Assembly: GCF_004010195.1 (NCBI RefSeq)
Contig: NC_057718.1
Location: forward strand, 99,666,730-99,730,729
Length of the DNA: 64,000 nucleotides
Source of the DNA: Chiloscyllium plagiosum
Lineage: Eukaryota
Direction of reading: 5' to 3'
The notes beneath the pieces are model-generated. The model was not told the DNA's origin and ran no database searches. It saw only the letters and a list, made by a program, of their open reading frames with translations. Each line of letters starts with the position of its first letter. Position 1 is the stretch's first letter. Of this stretch, positions 11,756-24,535 are shown piece after piece. A program made the position numbers and the translations under genes.

Positions 11756-13149
11756 TGAGGAGTGGCTGTCAGTGTCGTGTGGAAGATATTTGAGAGACCT
11801 GGGATGTGGTCACGTCAGAAAACGGTCCAGTTTGCATTCAAGCTTGTCATCGATGCGCAGCCAGGTCTGGGTTTGAACATACCACAGGCTCACCAGGACT
11901 CCCACAGCTGAACTGGGAAACCCCTCTTTGAAGAAAAGTGCAGTTTGTATACAGCCTCGCTAAATTACCAGTCTGATTCTCTCCAACACGAATTATCACC
12001 ATCAGATAATCATGGGCAGAAAACTGAAGTCCATTGAAGGTAGACTCGACAGTTAAGTCTGTGGGATTATAATAACCGTGTGTGAGAAGGCTTCATCTTA
12101 CTGGGAGCAGCAAGTTGCCCACCATGTGTCACTGTCCGTGATGGTCAACACCTGTGGGTCAAGGCCAACAGATATGATCCATCTGGAAAGTTACCCTTAC
12201 TCAGGAAACTGCTCACCAACATGGATGGGATGTTATTCATGTGCCAAGGGTGTTGGAAAAAGGAACATCACCTCTTGGTGGAACAATTATCCACCAGTAA
12301 ATGATCGCGACAAATCCAATAAGGAACGTCATGGCAACAATCATTTGTGAATTAAGAACAGAATCAAGATTGACAATCTTACAAATCCCAACGGAATGCC
12401 TTCTGGATGAATAGTGAAACCTTCAAATCACCCAAATTTCTGTTGTGGCAGGGGAATTCCATGTCCAAAAGATGAACTTGGGAAAAACACAGCGGGATGC
12501 TGTATGTGATAATGGTTCCAAAATCTGTTTTGAGATTCCCTGGCCATCTCAGTGAAGACCAATCACTACCTCAGGTCCTGGACTGTCTTGTTAGGAGGAA
12601 GCAATCTCTCTACATCCATATTTCAGCTCAGACTCATTGGCAGATTGTGAATGAGGAATATGCTTGAATAAGATGGAGCTGAGCTGTAGATGACATACAT
12701 CATCGCTGCTGGATGCCTGGAGATCCCCTTGACTTGGCATCACATGTAAAGACCCTTTGGGAGATGGGGAAAACCCATTTCATAGTAATGGTAAGCTTAT
12801 ATGATCAGCTTCCTCTGACTGCAAATCCAACCCATGGTACTTGGAATAACATAATGGGCATGATTAAAATAATCCAATATCTTTAACTAATGATCCAAAG
12901 GTATGCGTTTGAGTCCCACAGTATCAGCCAGAGAATTTAAATTCAATTAATTAATAAATCTAGATTTATACAATTACAATCAGTAATGCTGACCAGAGAT
13001 CAACTGGATGTTCATGAACAGTTCACTAATGTGCTTCAGGGATGGAAATCGACTCAACCCTAACCCTAACCCAGCCAGGCTGTTGGGTGTGACTCCCGAT
13101 CTAGTGTTGATCCTCAATTACCATCTGAAATGACCAAGAGTGCCACTAT

Positions 13150-13475
13150 TGGGCAGCACGGTAGCACAGTGGTTAGCACTGCTGCTTCACAGCGCTAGAG
13201 ACCCGGGTTCAATTCCCACCTCAGGCGACTCTCTGTGTGGAGTTTGCACATTCTCCCCGTGTCTGCGTGGTTTGGTGCTCCGGTTTCCTCCCACAATCCA
13301 AAAAAAAAAAATGTGCAGGTTCGGTGAATTGGCCATGCTAAATTGCCCGTAGTGTTAGGTGAAGGGGTAAATGTAGGAGAATGGGTCTGGGTGGGTTACG
13401 CTTCGGCGGGTCGGTGTGGACTTGTTGGGCTGAAGGGCCTGTTTCCACACTGTAAGTAATCTAATCTAATCTAAA
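13150..13475 (+). mobile_element. HE1-type SINE (young subfamily)
   Basis: A and B boxes, V-core and (TAATC)n tail. Confidence 0.92.
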
Positions 13476-13995
13476 GAAAAATCTATTATAGGAGGCAGCT
13501 TATCAATCCCTTCTCAAGGGCAATTAGGGAGGAGAAATAAATCCTGGCTCCTCTTGTCCCGTGACTGAATTCGAAAAGGTACAATGATGTCTTAACAGTC
13601 CAAAGTTATAAACCTGGCAAATTCTGAAAATCAAACACTTCTTCTGATATTGCCCTGATTACGATTTGGTATTTATTTAAAGCCTGCACTGTTGAAGCAG
13701 CAGAACTGTGGAATACTAGATTATTTTAAAGGAACCTTGATAGCCAACAGTAACATTTTAGCTGATGACTTTACTGGCATTTTCTCCCTGTGCATTACCT
13801 CTACTGGCCTCTGGTGGTGAAGTGACAACTAACACTCCACAATATTTAGGCACTTTTTAAGTCCTGGGAGCAAATAACACCCACACTCCGGCTTTGTTTG
13901 CAACATGTGAATATGTCTGATTAAGTCTGCAGCTGTGAACTCTTGGTAAAAGTTGTGAATTTTAATTCAATAAATCTGATCAATTGTCAACGAGG

Positions 13996-14435
13996 GGAAG
14001 GATGTTGTGAAACTTGAAAGGGTTCAGAAAAGATTTACAAGGATATTGCCAGGATTGGAGGATCTGAGCTACAGGGAGAGGCTGAACAGGCTGCGGCTGT
14101 TTTCCCTGGAGCGTCGGAGGCTGAGGGGTGACCTTGAAGAGGTTTATAAAGTCACGAGGGGCAGCGATAGGATAAATAGACAAAGTCTTTTCCCTGGAGT
14201 GGGGGAGTCCAAAACTAGAGGCACAGGTTGAAGGTGAGAGGGGAAAGATATAAAAGAGACCTAAAGGGCAACTTTTTCACACAGAGGCTGGTGCGTCTAT
14301 GGAATGAGCTGCCAGAGGAAGTGGTGGAGGCTGGTACAATTACAACATTTAAAAGGCATCTGGATGGGTATATGAATAGGAAGGGTTTAGAGGGATATGG
14401 GCCAAGTGTTGGCAAATGGGACTAGATTAGTTTAG
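13996..14435 (+). mobile_element. CR1/HER1-type LINE 3' fragment
   Basis: LERVQKRFTR..NFFTQR..WNELP. Confidence 0.9.
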
Positions 14436-14482
14436 GGAGAAAGTGAGGTCTGCTGAATTGTGATTCAAGCCCAAATGGAATT

Positions 14483-14677
14483 AATAAAGTCGAAATACTG
14501 TGGACGTTGGAAATGTGAAATTAACACAGAGAATGCTGCAGGAACTCAGCAAGTCTTGCAGCATCAGTAGACAGAGTTCCTGCAATTCTGAAAAAAGAGT
14601 CACCGGACTCGAAGCGTTAACTCTGTTTCTCTCTCCACAGATGCTGCCAGACCTGCTGAGTTTCTCTGTATTTGTTT
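14483..14677 (-). mobile_element. Penelope-like family D inverted insertion
   Basis: Inverted arms and a decayed hammerhead near 14588. TSD CAAATGGAATT at 14472-14482 and 14678-14688. Confidence 0.7.
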
Positions 14678-14803
14678 CAAATGGAATTGATGTCTGAATC
14701 ACATTCTTCTCTACAAGGCTGCAAATTGATACATATCTCAATCTGTCTCAGCGTTCTGCTCTATGCCATCAAAACAGAAAGTGCTGGAGAAACTCAGCAA
14801 GTT

Positions 14804-15112
14804 GGCACGGCACGGTGGCTCAGTGGTCAGCACTGCTGCCTTGCAGCACCAGGGTCCCAGGTTCGATTCCAGCCTCGGGCGAATGTCTGTGTGGAGTTTG
14901 CACATTCTCCCCGTGTCTGCGTGGGTATGCTCCGGTTTCCTCCCACAGTCCAAAGATGTGCAGGCTAGATGAATTGGCCACGCTAAGTTGCCCCATAGTG
15001 TTAGGTGCATCATTCAGAGGGAAATGGATCTGGGTCGGTTACTCTTCGGAGGGTCAGTGTGGACTAGTTGGGCCGAAGGGCCACTTGTTTCCACACTGTA
15101 GGGAACCTAATC
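14804..15112 (+). mobile_element. HE1-type SINE inserted into a Penelope-like family D fragment
   Basis: Full SINE; the host sequence resumes after a CAAGT duplication. Confidence 0.88.
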
Positions 15113-15271
15113 AAGTCAGGCAGCACCTTTGGGAGTGACGCCTCAAGTCAAATACAAATCTTCTTCTCAAATCTCAGTTAGAAACCAGCCATTTCAATTT
15201 GAAGGAAGGAGCCTCCGCACTTAGAAATGTTCTGGAGGAATGCCATAATGGGTTTGAAGTATTAACACTCT

Positions 15272-15667
15272 GGGTGACCTTATCGAGGTTTACAAAATGA
15301 TGAGGGGCATGGATAGGGTGAATAGGCAAAGTCTTTTCCCTGGGGTCGGGGAGTCCAGAACTAGAGGGCATTAGGTTTAGGGTGAGAGGGGAAAGATAGA
15401 AAAGAGGCCTAAGGAGCAACTTTTTCACGCAGAGGGTGGTACATGTATGGAATGAGCTGCCAGAGGATGTGGTGGAGGCTGGTACAATTGCAACATTTAA
15501 GAGGCATTTGGATGAGTATATGAATAGGAAGGGTTGGGAGGGATATGGGCCGGGTGCTGGCAGGTGGGACTAGATTGGGTTGGAATATCTGGTCGGCACG
15601 GACGGGTTGGACAGAAGGGTTTGTTTCCATGCTGTACATCTCTATGACTCTATGACCCTATGACTCT
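15272..15667 (+). mobile_element. CR1/HER1-type LINE 3' fragment
   Basis: ORF2 end and (CTATGACT)n tail. Confidence 0.9.
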
Positions 15668-16011
15668 CTGTCTCCCTCTCTCTCTCTCTCTCTCCACAGA
15701 TGTGGCCAACATTTCTGAATATTTCCAGCATTTGATCCTTTTGTGTCAATTGCTGGTCTCGACAGGTGAGGTCAAGGCCATGAAAGTGGCAGCAATATTC
15801 AGAGCTGGAATGGACATTCTTGGGAAATTCCCCTGTCAAACCTGGCTTGACATATGGAAACCCAATGATCCCAAATGCCACCATCAAGTTCTGAATGGGA
15901 CATTTCTCCAAACAAAACATGGCTCCCTATGAAAAGGATGCTATGGTGTAGGATGTAGTGACGTCCAATATGGTCACTTGCTCAGCTCTTGAATCAGTCT
16001 GCTGTTATTGG

Positions 16012-16425
16012 GTGAGCATGGTGGCTCAATAGTTAGCACTGCTGCCGCACAGCACCAGGGACTCGGGTTCAATTCCACCCTTGGGTGACTGTCCGTGTGG
16101 AGTTTGCACATTCTCCCCGTGTCTGCGTTGGTTTCCTCCGGGTGCTCTGGTTTCCTCCCACAGACCGAAGATGTGCAGGTCAGGTGAATTGGCCATGCTA
16201 ATCCGGGTGCTCTGGTTTCCTCCCACAATCCAAAGATGTGCAGGTTAGGGTGGATTGGCCGTGCTAAATTGTCCATAGTGTTCAGGGTTGTGTAGGTTAG
16301 GGGCATTAGTCAGGGGGAATGTCAAGTAACTGGGTAGGGGAATGAGTCTGGGTGGGATTCTTGAAGGGTTGGTATGGACTTGTTGGGTCAAATGGCCTGT
16401 TTCCACATGGTAGAGATTCTATGAC
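16012..16425 (+). mobile_element. HE1-type SINE with an internal ~65-bp duplication
   Basis: The segment CCGGGTGCTCTGGTTTCCTCCCACA...GCTAA occurs twice. Confidence 0.88.
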
Positions 16426-16549
16426 AAGTGTCCTGGATTTCCCAACAGAAGGCGTGCGGACCATAAGAATACCCGATTCTGAGTGTTAGATGGTAGAGCA
16501 GACGTGAGGGGCTAAACAGTCTATCCCTATGCCTATCTCTGATGGTTCA

Positions 16550-16875
16550 TACAGGAGATGCTGGTCTAGTGGCATTATCATTGGACTCCTAATCGAGAGG
16601 ACCTGGGTTCGAATCCCACTACGGCAAATGTTGAATTTGAATTCAATAAAAATCTGGAATTAAGAGTCTAATGATGACCATGTATCCTTTGCTGATTGTC
16701 AGGAAAACCCCATCTGGTTCACTAATGCCATCCATATCTGGTGTGGCCTACATGTGACTCCAGACCCACAGTAATGCGGCTGACTCTTAACTGCCCTCTG
16801 GGCAATTAAGAATGGGTAGTAAATACTGGCCTAGCTGATGATGCTCTCACCCCATGAGGAATAATAAAAAAAAAT
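16550..16875 (+). mobile_element. tRNA-derived SINE family 2 (other copies near 12830-13570, 17890-18130, 20770-21540, 50930-51160, 52330-52520, 61490-61650)
   Basis: B box GGTTCGAATCC, core GGCCTACATGTGACTCCAGACCCACAG and tail GGGCAATTA..AAATACTGGCC. Confidence 0.75.
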
Positions 16876-17389
16876 ATTATCTGGAACAGCAACCCTCACC
16901 TCAATGCTGTGTTCCTCATCAGCACCTTTAACATCCACCAGACAGACCCGCAGACATAATAGTCACCATCCCATCAGTAGAACTTCCATCCCATCCAGTC
17001 TTCTGGAAGTTCAGCTCCTGGGATGGGTTCCTGAACCTTGAGTGGAGAATCAGTGCATTACAAATCGAGCTGAACCAATCAGACGCCACGGTTTGCTTCT
17101 ATCCTAGTTCCAGTTCTGAGGCACATCCTCCAGCTGACCTCACCTTCCTCTGGAAGAGGGCTTCTGGACCTGTTTGGTATTCCGACAGTTTTGTGATCTC
17201 ACCCCTCCACAACCCCACTCCAGATGCCCCTGTTCTGAAAGCACTGCTGGGCTGGAGACAATGGGATGTCCCTGCTTAGTGCTCCCTGAATGGACCATCA
17301 CAGATATCATATGAGTGGATAGGTAGAGCGACAGAGTAATTACAATGTCCCGCCAAGGATATTATCTTCAGTGCACTCGAACACAGCTG

Positions 17390-17590
17390 AATAGCCAGCC
17401 CTGCTAGCTCAGTTGGCTGGATGGCTGGTTTGCAATGCTGCGTGATACCAACAGTGTGGGGCTGCATTGACTGAGTTCACTGCAAAGGTCCTATCTCCTA
17501 TCCCTTCCCCCTCACCTGAGGCACGGTGACCCTCAAGTTAAACCCAGCCCTGTAGTCTCTGTCTCTCTGTCCCTCTCTATCTCTCTCCCT
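17390..17590 (+). mobile_element. tRNA-derived SINE family 3 (also about 34090-34290 and 46750-46785)
   Basis: TAGCTCAGTTGGCTGGA head and a shared CCCCTCACCTGAG..CCCTCA(A/G)GTTAAAC motif. Confidence 0.65.
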
Positions 17591-18179
17591 GAGATTATAA
17601 TGAATTTACCTTTGCAACAAGCCCAGTTGCTGTGATCTGGATCAATCGCCACCAGGGGAGGAAGCTATTATGTAGGTGTCGTTTCACATTCACAGCGAGG
17701 AGTGAACTTGGACTTTCTGTTCCCGATCGGGCCATTATCCCATGCTCCAATCCGAGATTCTCCTCCCAGTGAAAAGCAGTCGACGTTGTCACTATGTAAT
17801 TGCTATGTCACCAGCATTGATTCCCATCCAGGAGTTCAAGGTTTGCTCTTTGCCCCCCTCCATACCATGTTTCCAAATTGATTCGAACAGCCTGGGTGTC
17901 TATGGTAAGACTAGCATCACTGCCTGTCCCCAGTTGCCTTTGAGAAGGTGGCAATGAGATCCTTTGATACAGCAATGCTGGCCCAGTTCACAGGGCAGTG
18001 AAAACTCAACCACATCGTGCTGCAGGCCAGGAGCTAAACACAAACAAGATGCATTACCGCTGGGAGATTTCCAGCTCTTTAGGGAATCTGACTAATGTTG
18101 GAGCCAGTCTGGTAGTTTCATGATCATCACTACAGTTAATAGTTTTTTCTTCAAAAACAAAATTCTGACTTATTTAATT

Positions 18180-18590
18180 TTATTTCCCTGGGAGTGTCGG
18201 AGCTTGAGGGGTGACCTTATAGAGGTTTATAAAGCTATGAGGGGCACGGGTAGAGTAAATAGTCAAGGTCTTTTACCTGGGGTGGGGGAGTCCAGAACTA
18301 GAGGGCATAGGTTTAAGGTGAGATGGGAAAGATTTAAAAGGGGCCTAAGGAACAACATTTTCATAGGGTGGTGTGTGTATGGAATGAGCTGCCAGAGGAA
18401 GTGGTGGAGACTGGTACAATTACAATATTTAAAAGGCATCTGGATGGGTATATGAATAGGAATGGTTGAGAGGGATATGGGCCAAGTCCTGGCAAATGGG
18501 ACGAGTTAGGTTAGGATATCTGGTCGGCATGGATGATTTGGACCGAAGGATCTGTTTCTGTGCTGTACATCTCTCTGACTCTATGACTAA
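18180..18590 (+). mobile_element. CR1/HER1-type LINE 3' fragment
   Basis: LRGDLIEVYK plus tail. Confidence 0.9.
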
Positions 18591-18651
18591 TCTTCAATCC
18601 TCCTACTGCCGTGGCGGGCGGTGAATTTACATCTCTAGGTCATTAATATGA

Positions 18652-18920
18652 TCATAAGACAGAAGTAGGCCATTCAGCCCATCGAGCCTGCTCTGCTTTC
18701 CAATGAGATCGAGAGTGATTGGTTAATCCCCAGCTCCACTTTCCTGCCTTTTCCCAATAACTCTTGATTCCCTTACTGATTAAATCCCTCCCTTCGCCCT
18801 GAATACATTTAATGTCCCAGCTTCTACAGCCCTCTGCAGTAAAGAAAGCCACAGATTCACTAGTTTCTGAACGAAGAAATTCCTTCTCATTTCTGTCTTA
18901 AATGTATGACCCCTTATTCT
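18652..18920 (-). mobile_element. CR1 (second subfamily) 3' end
   Basis: KGIKSYWEKAGKWS and the GGCTGAATGGCCTACTTCTG tail on the minus strand. Confidence 0.78.
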
Positions 18921-19040
18921 GTCCTCAGTAACATAACAACAGTGCTACTGAATCTCCCCTACCTTTTACAATCTAATAGTTCTTCTACAATTAATATATT
19001 CAGCAAAGGATGTTTCTCTTGGACTACCTCAAGCATTTAG

Positions 19041-19253
19041 TTAAAAATCACACACCACGTTATAGTCCAACAGGTTTAATTGAAAGCACACTAGCTTTCT
19101 GAGCAACGCTCCTTCATCAGGTGATAGCTATCACCTGATGAAAGAGCGTCACTCCAAAAGCTAGTGTGCTTCCAATTAAACCTGTCGGACTATAACTTGG
19201 TGTTGTGTGATTTTTAACTTTGTACACCCCAGTCCAACTCCGGCATCTCCAAA
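19041..19253 (+). mobile_element. Penelope-like family A inverted-repeat insertion
   Basis: Palindromic centre TCATCAGGTGATAGCTATCACCTGATGA and a 35-nt tail. TSD TCAAGCATTTAG / TCAAGTATTTAG at 19029-19040 and 19254-19265. Confidence 0.85.
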
Positions 19254-21119
19254 TCAAGTATTTAGCGAGCCCATTAATCATTGCACACCTTTATCCCAAT
19301 ATTGCCTTATTAATCATCTCCTGGAAATTTCCTTATTAATCAACTCCAGGATCGAAAGCTTGGAAGTTCTCCAAAATTTATATATTTGTTGGGTATTTGT
19401 TCTCTCAATTGATGCAATTCTCGTTGTCAACTTCAGTATTTTTCTCTCTTTCATCATTCTAACCAATCTCAGTTGCACTGCACACTGCTCCCTCGGTTTT
19501 AAGCACGAATTCAGCCACGAGATAGCAAAGACAAAATCAAGGATCTGGATTTCAAATGCATCGTGCCCCATCTGTGTGAAAACATTAGTATCTGGGGAAA
19601 GGATTCCACGTTTTGAATTGATCAGAACAGTCACTGTAAAAAAGTCCCAGCTATTCATCATGAATTAATTCGACCCGCGGGGAGAAAATGCTTTGACGCT
19701 ATTTCAGAGCTGCGATAAAGTTGGCAAAGTCATCCTTTTCATTAAAAGCGAAAAGGCTCACTTTCGTAAGAAAGATTAATGAAGAAATGAGAAGAATTGT
19801 TGACATGTTGCTGCACAGCGATGATTATCCTGCTGAGTATTTGCAGTTTCCCAACTGCTCTGAGTTAAACACCATTTGCCAAAAGCTTCTTGCTTCTTTC
19901 GAAAGTGCTTAATAACTCGAGGTTTTGATTACACGACAAGATAATGCTATTTATTGCGGATGAGGTAACAAAGTTGTCAATGGGACTGAGGAACAAGGTG
20001 TGAGTGGAGAGAGAGGGAGGGATGAAGGGAGTTGGGGGAGGCTGTGCAGGAGACACTTTGAGCAATTTTTCCTGGCAAGCTGTTCGATCCTCCTGGGAGG
20101 AAAGAGAACAATACATACCATGAAAGTAAGGCATTTATCAAGTCCTTTTGATCCTTTCAAGATAAACACTCACAATGGCTAACTCTCGCTCCCTCACCTG
20201 CGCTGTGCTCAATTTAGCCCCTGTGGAGTGGGGACTGCGGGGTGGGGTTGTGGAGAATCAAATTACCTCAGCTTTGAACTGAAGAATGGCTCTTAACAAA
20301 TTAGCTCTGATATCAAAAGGAAGCTGAGCAGAACTCAAGCCTCTTCAGATAGTAAGCACAGCAACACCTACAAAACTCAATTCCAACTTCAAAAAGCATT
20401 CCCGGGGTTCTTTGTAGATAAGATATCCTTGAAGCAAGGTGGTTATAATTTCTTACATCCTGGATGACGCATTTGCCCAATCTATTTCTGGAATAAGAAA
20501 ACACCTAGACCATTGGATAACAGTGTCCTAATGACTAACCCATCCCTTCATGTTCAATTCTGTTCCCACCCCTCACGTGGTAAACACCTTGAAGGCACAT
20601 TAGGAAGTTTAGTCATGTGGGACATATTTTATGAAAAGAGAAAATGTTTACAAACCTTGTCCTACAAATTTGAAAGGCCAGGTTTCTGTGGTAAAGATAT
20701 TGACCCAGTGAGGAAGATTTTGTGTTCGCTGGGACACCATATACTGCCCAATCCTAGTTGTCATCTACTTCGCTGTGGGTCTGGAGTCATATGTAGGCCA
20801 GACCAGGTCCTTCCTTGAAGGACATTACCAATTACCATTCCCCCAGCAATCTCTTCATGGTCATTATCAGACCCTTAATTTCAGCTTTTGATTTAATTCA
20901 AATTACGCCATTGGCCATAATGGGATTTGAGCTCAGGCCCTTAGTCCTTGGCCCTCCACTGGGAGAAGAAGCAATGGCCCTTGTGATATTATTGCTTGGA
21001 CTATTAATCCAGAGACTGAGATAATGTCCTGGGGACCCAGGTTCAATCCTGCCATGGTAGATGGTACAATTTGAATTTTTAAAGAAATCTGGAATTAAGA
21101 GTCTAATGATGACCTTGAA

Positions 21120-21324
21120 GTTAAAAATCACACAACATCAGGTTATAGTCCAACAGGTTTATTTGGAAGCACTAGCTTTCGGAGCGCTGCTCTGTCCACA
21201 ATCACCTAATGAAGGAGCAGCGCTCTGAAAGCTAGTGCTTCCAAATAAACCTGTTGGACTATAACCTGGTGCTGTGTGATTTTTAATTTGGTGCACCCCA
21301 GTCCAACACCGGCATCTCCAAATC
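21120..21324 (+). mobile_element. Penelope-like family A inverted insertion inside a SINE
   Basis: TSD ATGATGACCTTGAA / ATGATGACCATGAA at 21106-21119 and 21325-21338. Confidence 0.85.
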
Positions 21325-22012
21325 ATGATGACCATGAATTGATTGTTGGTAAAATCCCATCTGGTTTACTAAAGTCTTTCAAGTAAGGAAACTTCTATCC
21401 TCACCAGGTCTGGCCTACATGTGATTCCAGACCCACAGCAATGAGGTTGACTCTTAACCGCTCTCTGGGCAATTCGGGAGAGGTACTAAATGCTGCTGAA
21501 CCAGTGGCACTCTCATTCTGTGAATGAGTTTTTAAAAAACCAATACCTTGCCACAACTGCCAGCATTAACAAGTAATCATCTTAACTGAAAGATAATAAC
21601 TGTTCCAGTTAGGTTAATGCCACCAGTTACCATAAACTTCTGAAGTTTGCTTAAAAAAGCACAGTGCTTCCCAAACCAACCTCCGGTGGTGATTCCATCT
21701 TAAGGCCTCAGTCTTTGTGTGACTGTGAAGGAAACTTGATTGGGGGAGGTGATGGTCTTTATTCATTGAGCGGTGCAGAGGGCTTTAGTTCTTGGCCAGG
21801 GCAGAAGGGGAAACTGGAGCTGAGCTTTGGGAACCAAGTTGATGAATGGGCCATCTAGAAGAAAATAATTTTTTTCACCATTTTTTTTTGAAGCAGCAAT
21901 TGGACCTGAGGGAGCAGTCCCATTAGACCACACCCACCAATTAAAAAAATAAATGAGGATTTAAAGGGGACTCCCAGCTGCCAGGTATCACTAATATATT
22001 GCTATATTAGTG

Positions 22013-22196
22013 GTAGAAGTGGGTTCTGCAGATGCTGAAGATTTGAGTCAAGATTAGAGTGGTGCTGGAAATGCACAGCAGGTCAGGCAGCATCTGAGGA
22101 ACAGGAAAATCGACTTCTTGACCGAAATGTTGAGTTTCCTGCTCTTCGGAGGCTGCCTGACCTGCTGTGCTTTTCCAGCACCACTCTAATCCTGAC
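22013..22196 (-). mobile_element. Penelope-like family B-related inverted insertion
   Basis: 13-bp TSD TGCTATATTAGTG at 22000-22012 and 22197-22209; 34-nt tail on the left. Confidence 0.82.
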
Positions 22197-22224
22197 TGCT
22201 ATATTAGTGCCAGGTTTGGCCCTA

Positions 22225-22500
22225 CATAGAATCCCTATAGTGTGGAAGCAGGCCATTTGGCCCATCAAGTCCACACCGACCCTCTGAAGGGCATCCCATC
22301 TGGACCTACCCCTTCCCTGTCACCCTGCATTCCCCATGGCAATGCACCCTAACCTGCACATCTTTGGATTGTGGGAGGAAACCGGAGCACCCGGAGGAAA
22401 CCCACGCAGACACGGGGAGAATGTGCAAACAACACACAGAGTCTGGAATCAAACCTGGGTCTGTGGCGCTATTATGCAGCAGTGCGAGCCATTGTGCCTC
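22225..22500 (-). mobile_element. HE1-type SINE
   Basis: Core and tail on the minus strand. Confidence 0.85.
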
Positions 22501-23452
22501 CCCCCCACTACTTGCGCCTTAAAGGATATTGCCACCAACCCTCTTTCCTTTGGTTGTGTCTAAAGGGTCTGTTTGGTTTACAGTTGTAGAGGAACAACCA
22601 CTAATGAGTCTCAAAAAGAAGGGGATGTTGTCTTAACAAGATGCAGTTGATGGCATAATAGCAGGTTATATTAATTAGTTCACCATTCTTGCTAGGACTA
22701 TTGGGAACACTTCAAGATCCTAACTACTCTTTCCAATTTCTCTCCCCAACACTGTAAAACACCTTCAGGTCAGTTTGGACTTAAACACAATCCCCAACAT
22801 TAACCCTTTCAGACAACACTCATACAACACTTGCGACATCAAATATCATCTTTAACGCTCACACCCCCATCCCCTTCCGACCTACAGTTTAGAAAATGCT
22901 GATATCACACCATTGCGGGGTTGGTGGGAGGCAACATGGAACTTACTTGGGTTTGCTTATCCCTTGAGCCAGTCAGCTTGATGTAAAGGTCTGGTCTTTC
23001 AGAGGTTTTTTTGTAGAAGCCCCACCTCAGAATTTTGAGCACACTATCCAGACGGATCCTGCTGAGTACCATTAAGCCTTAGAATTATGGAATAAAGAAC
23101 CGTACAGCCCAGGAACAGGCCCTTTGGCCCTCCAGACCAGTTTGCCCTTCCATACTAAAACTGTGTACACTTACAGGATCCATATCTCTATTTTTTTCCT
23201 ATTCGTGCATTCATCCAAGTGCTTCTTGAAAAGCATGGTTTAGCACAGACAGAGACCATTCTATCAGTTATGTGAAAGTCAACTCTTTAGAAATACTATC
23301 TAATTAATCCCATTTTCCAAACAATTCTTTATAATTGTCCATTTTTTCCCTTTGTGTCTATCCAATTATCATTCATTTCATAGGGCCTACAGCATAGAAA
23401 TAAACCATTTGGTCCAACTAGTGTTCTACATTTCATATACCTTAGAGCAAGA

Positions 23453-23768
23453 CACAGCACAGTAGCTCAGTGGTTAGTACTGCTGCTGTAGAGTACCAGG
23501 GACAGCAATCCTGACCTTGGGTGACTGTGTGGAGTTTGCACATTCTCCCCGTGTCTGCGTGCATTTCCTCCGGGTGCTCTGGTTTCCTCCCACAATCCCA
23601 AGATGTGCAGGTTAGGTGAATTGGCCATGCTAAATTGTCCCGTAGTGTCCAGGGGTGTGTAGGTTAAGTGGTTTAGCCATGTAGGGATTGGGTGGGATGC
23701 TCTTCAGAGGGTCAGTGTGGACTTGATGGGTCAAATGACCTGATTCCACACTGTCGGGTTCTATGATT
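23453..23768 (+). mobile_element. HE1-type SINE
   Basis: Head, core and tail. Confidence 0.88.
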
Positions 23769-24073
23769 CCAAGTGGTGCTAGCAGCATGACTCTATTATG
23801 AAACTCTAAAGTTGCATTCTTCAAGCTACATTTTACAGAATTGAATATCATAATGGTTTCCAAGGGACACCAGATGTTTTCAGTGGATTAAGACACTATC
23901 TTGTCTCTAGAGGGAACAAAAAGGGCTTTGGTCTTGATGTGACTCACTTTGGTTCAGACCAAGAGGTATAGAAACATCCCCTTTCATTGCAATATGATGG
24001 TTTTGCCTCCCAGCTAAAGGCCTCTGTTTGGATGGAACCACAGTGGGGGTGGAGGCCACAACCCAGACTGCTT

Positions 24074-24450
24074 ACTGGATTACCACAGCATTGTACTGGA
24101 TTACTACAACACCTTACTGGATTACCACAACACTGCACTAGATTATCACAGCACTGTACTGGATTACCACAGCATTGTACTGGATTACCACAGCACCTTA
24201 CTGGATTACCACAGCACCTTACTGGATTACCACAACATTGCACTGGATTACCACAGCATTGTACTGGATTACCACAGCAGTTTACTGGATTACCACAGCA
24301 CCAGACTGGATTACCACAGCACTTTACTGGATTACCACAGCACTGTACTGGATTACCACAGCATCAGACTGGATTACCACAGCACTGTACTGGATTACCA
24401 CAGCACCAGGCAGGATTACCACAGCACCAGACTAGATTACCACAACACTT
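24074..24450. repeat. 21-bp minisatellite, about 18 copies
   Basis: Unit ACTGGATTACCACAGCA plus 4 variable nt (TTGT/CTGT/CCTT/CCAG/CTTT). Confidence 0.95.
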
Positions 24451-24535
24451 CGTTTAGACAGAGCCTTGGCACATCACAGCAGGTCAGTTGAAGAAGTGCC
24501 TAGATTCAGACCCTGCTAAAGGAGGTATCAGTAGA

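Larger units (their letters stand above)
6690..12445 (+). mobile_element. Degenerate Ty3/Gypsy pol (RT, RNase H, integrase) split by younger insertions
   Basis: Motifs in Gypsy order: DANCGSWQMSL..LLTTF (~6977), GLEAVICYIDDILIHG (7322-7369), GIMPDSRKAKAVQEFP (~7733), RNase H HYIIVEKQDLLVIW..FSDYILG (~9115), integrase VGMDL (~11215), GFEHTTGSP (~11870) and terminal SG*IVKP (~12405). Confidence 0.85.

Noticed and set aside
13056..13072. Telomeric CCCTAA repeats (also near 48190)
   Set aside because: Only 2-3 units, which is expected by chance or slippage.
13150..13225. tRNA genes
   Set aside because: The A/B-box sequences are SINE heads continuing into HE1 bodies.
19207..19668. 153-aa and 115-aa overlapping ORFs
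   Set aside because: One starts inside a Penelope repeat; neither has a recognisable domain or splice support.
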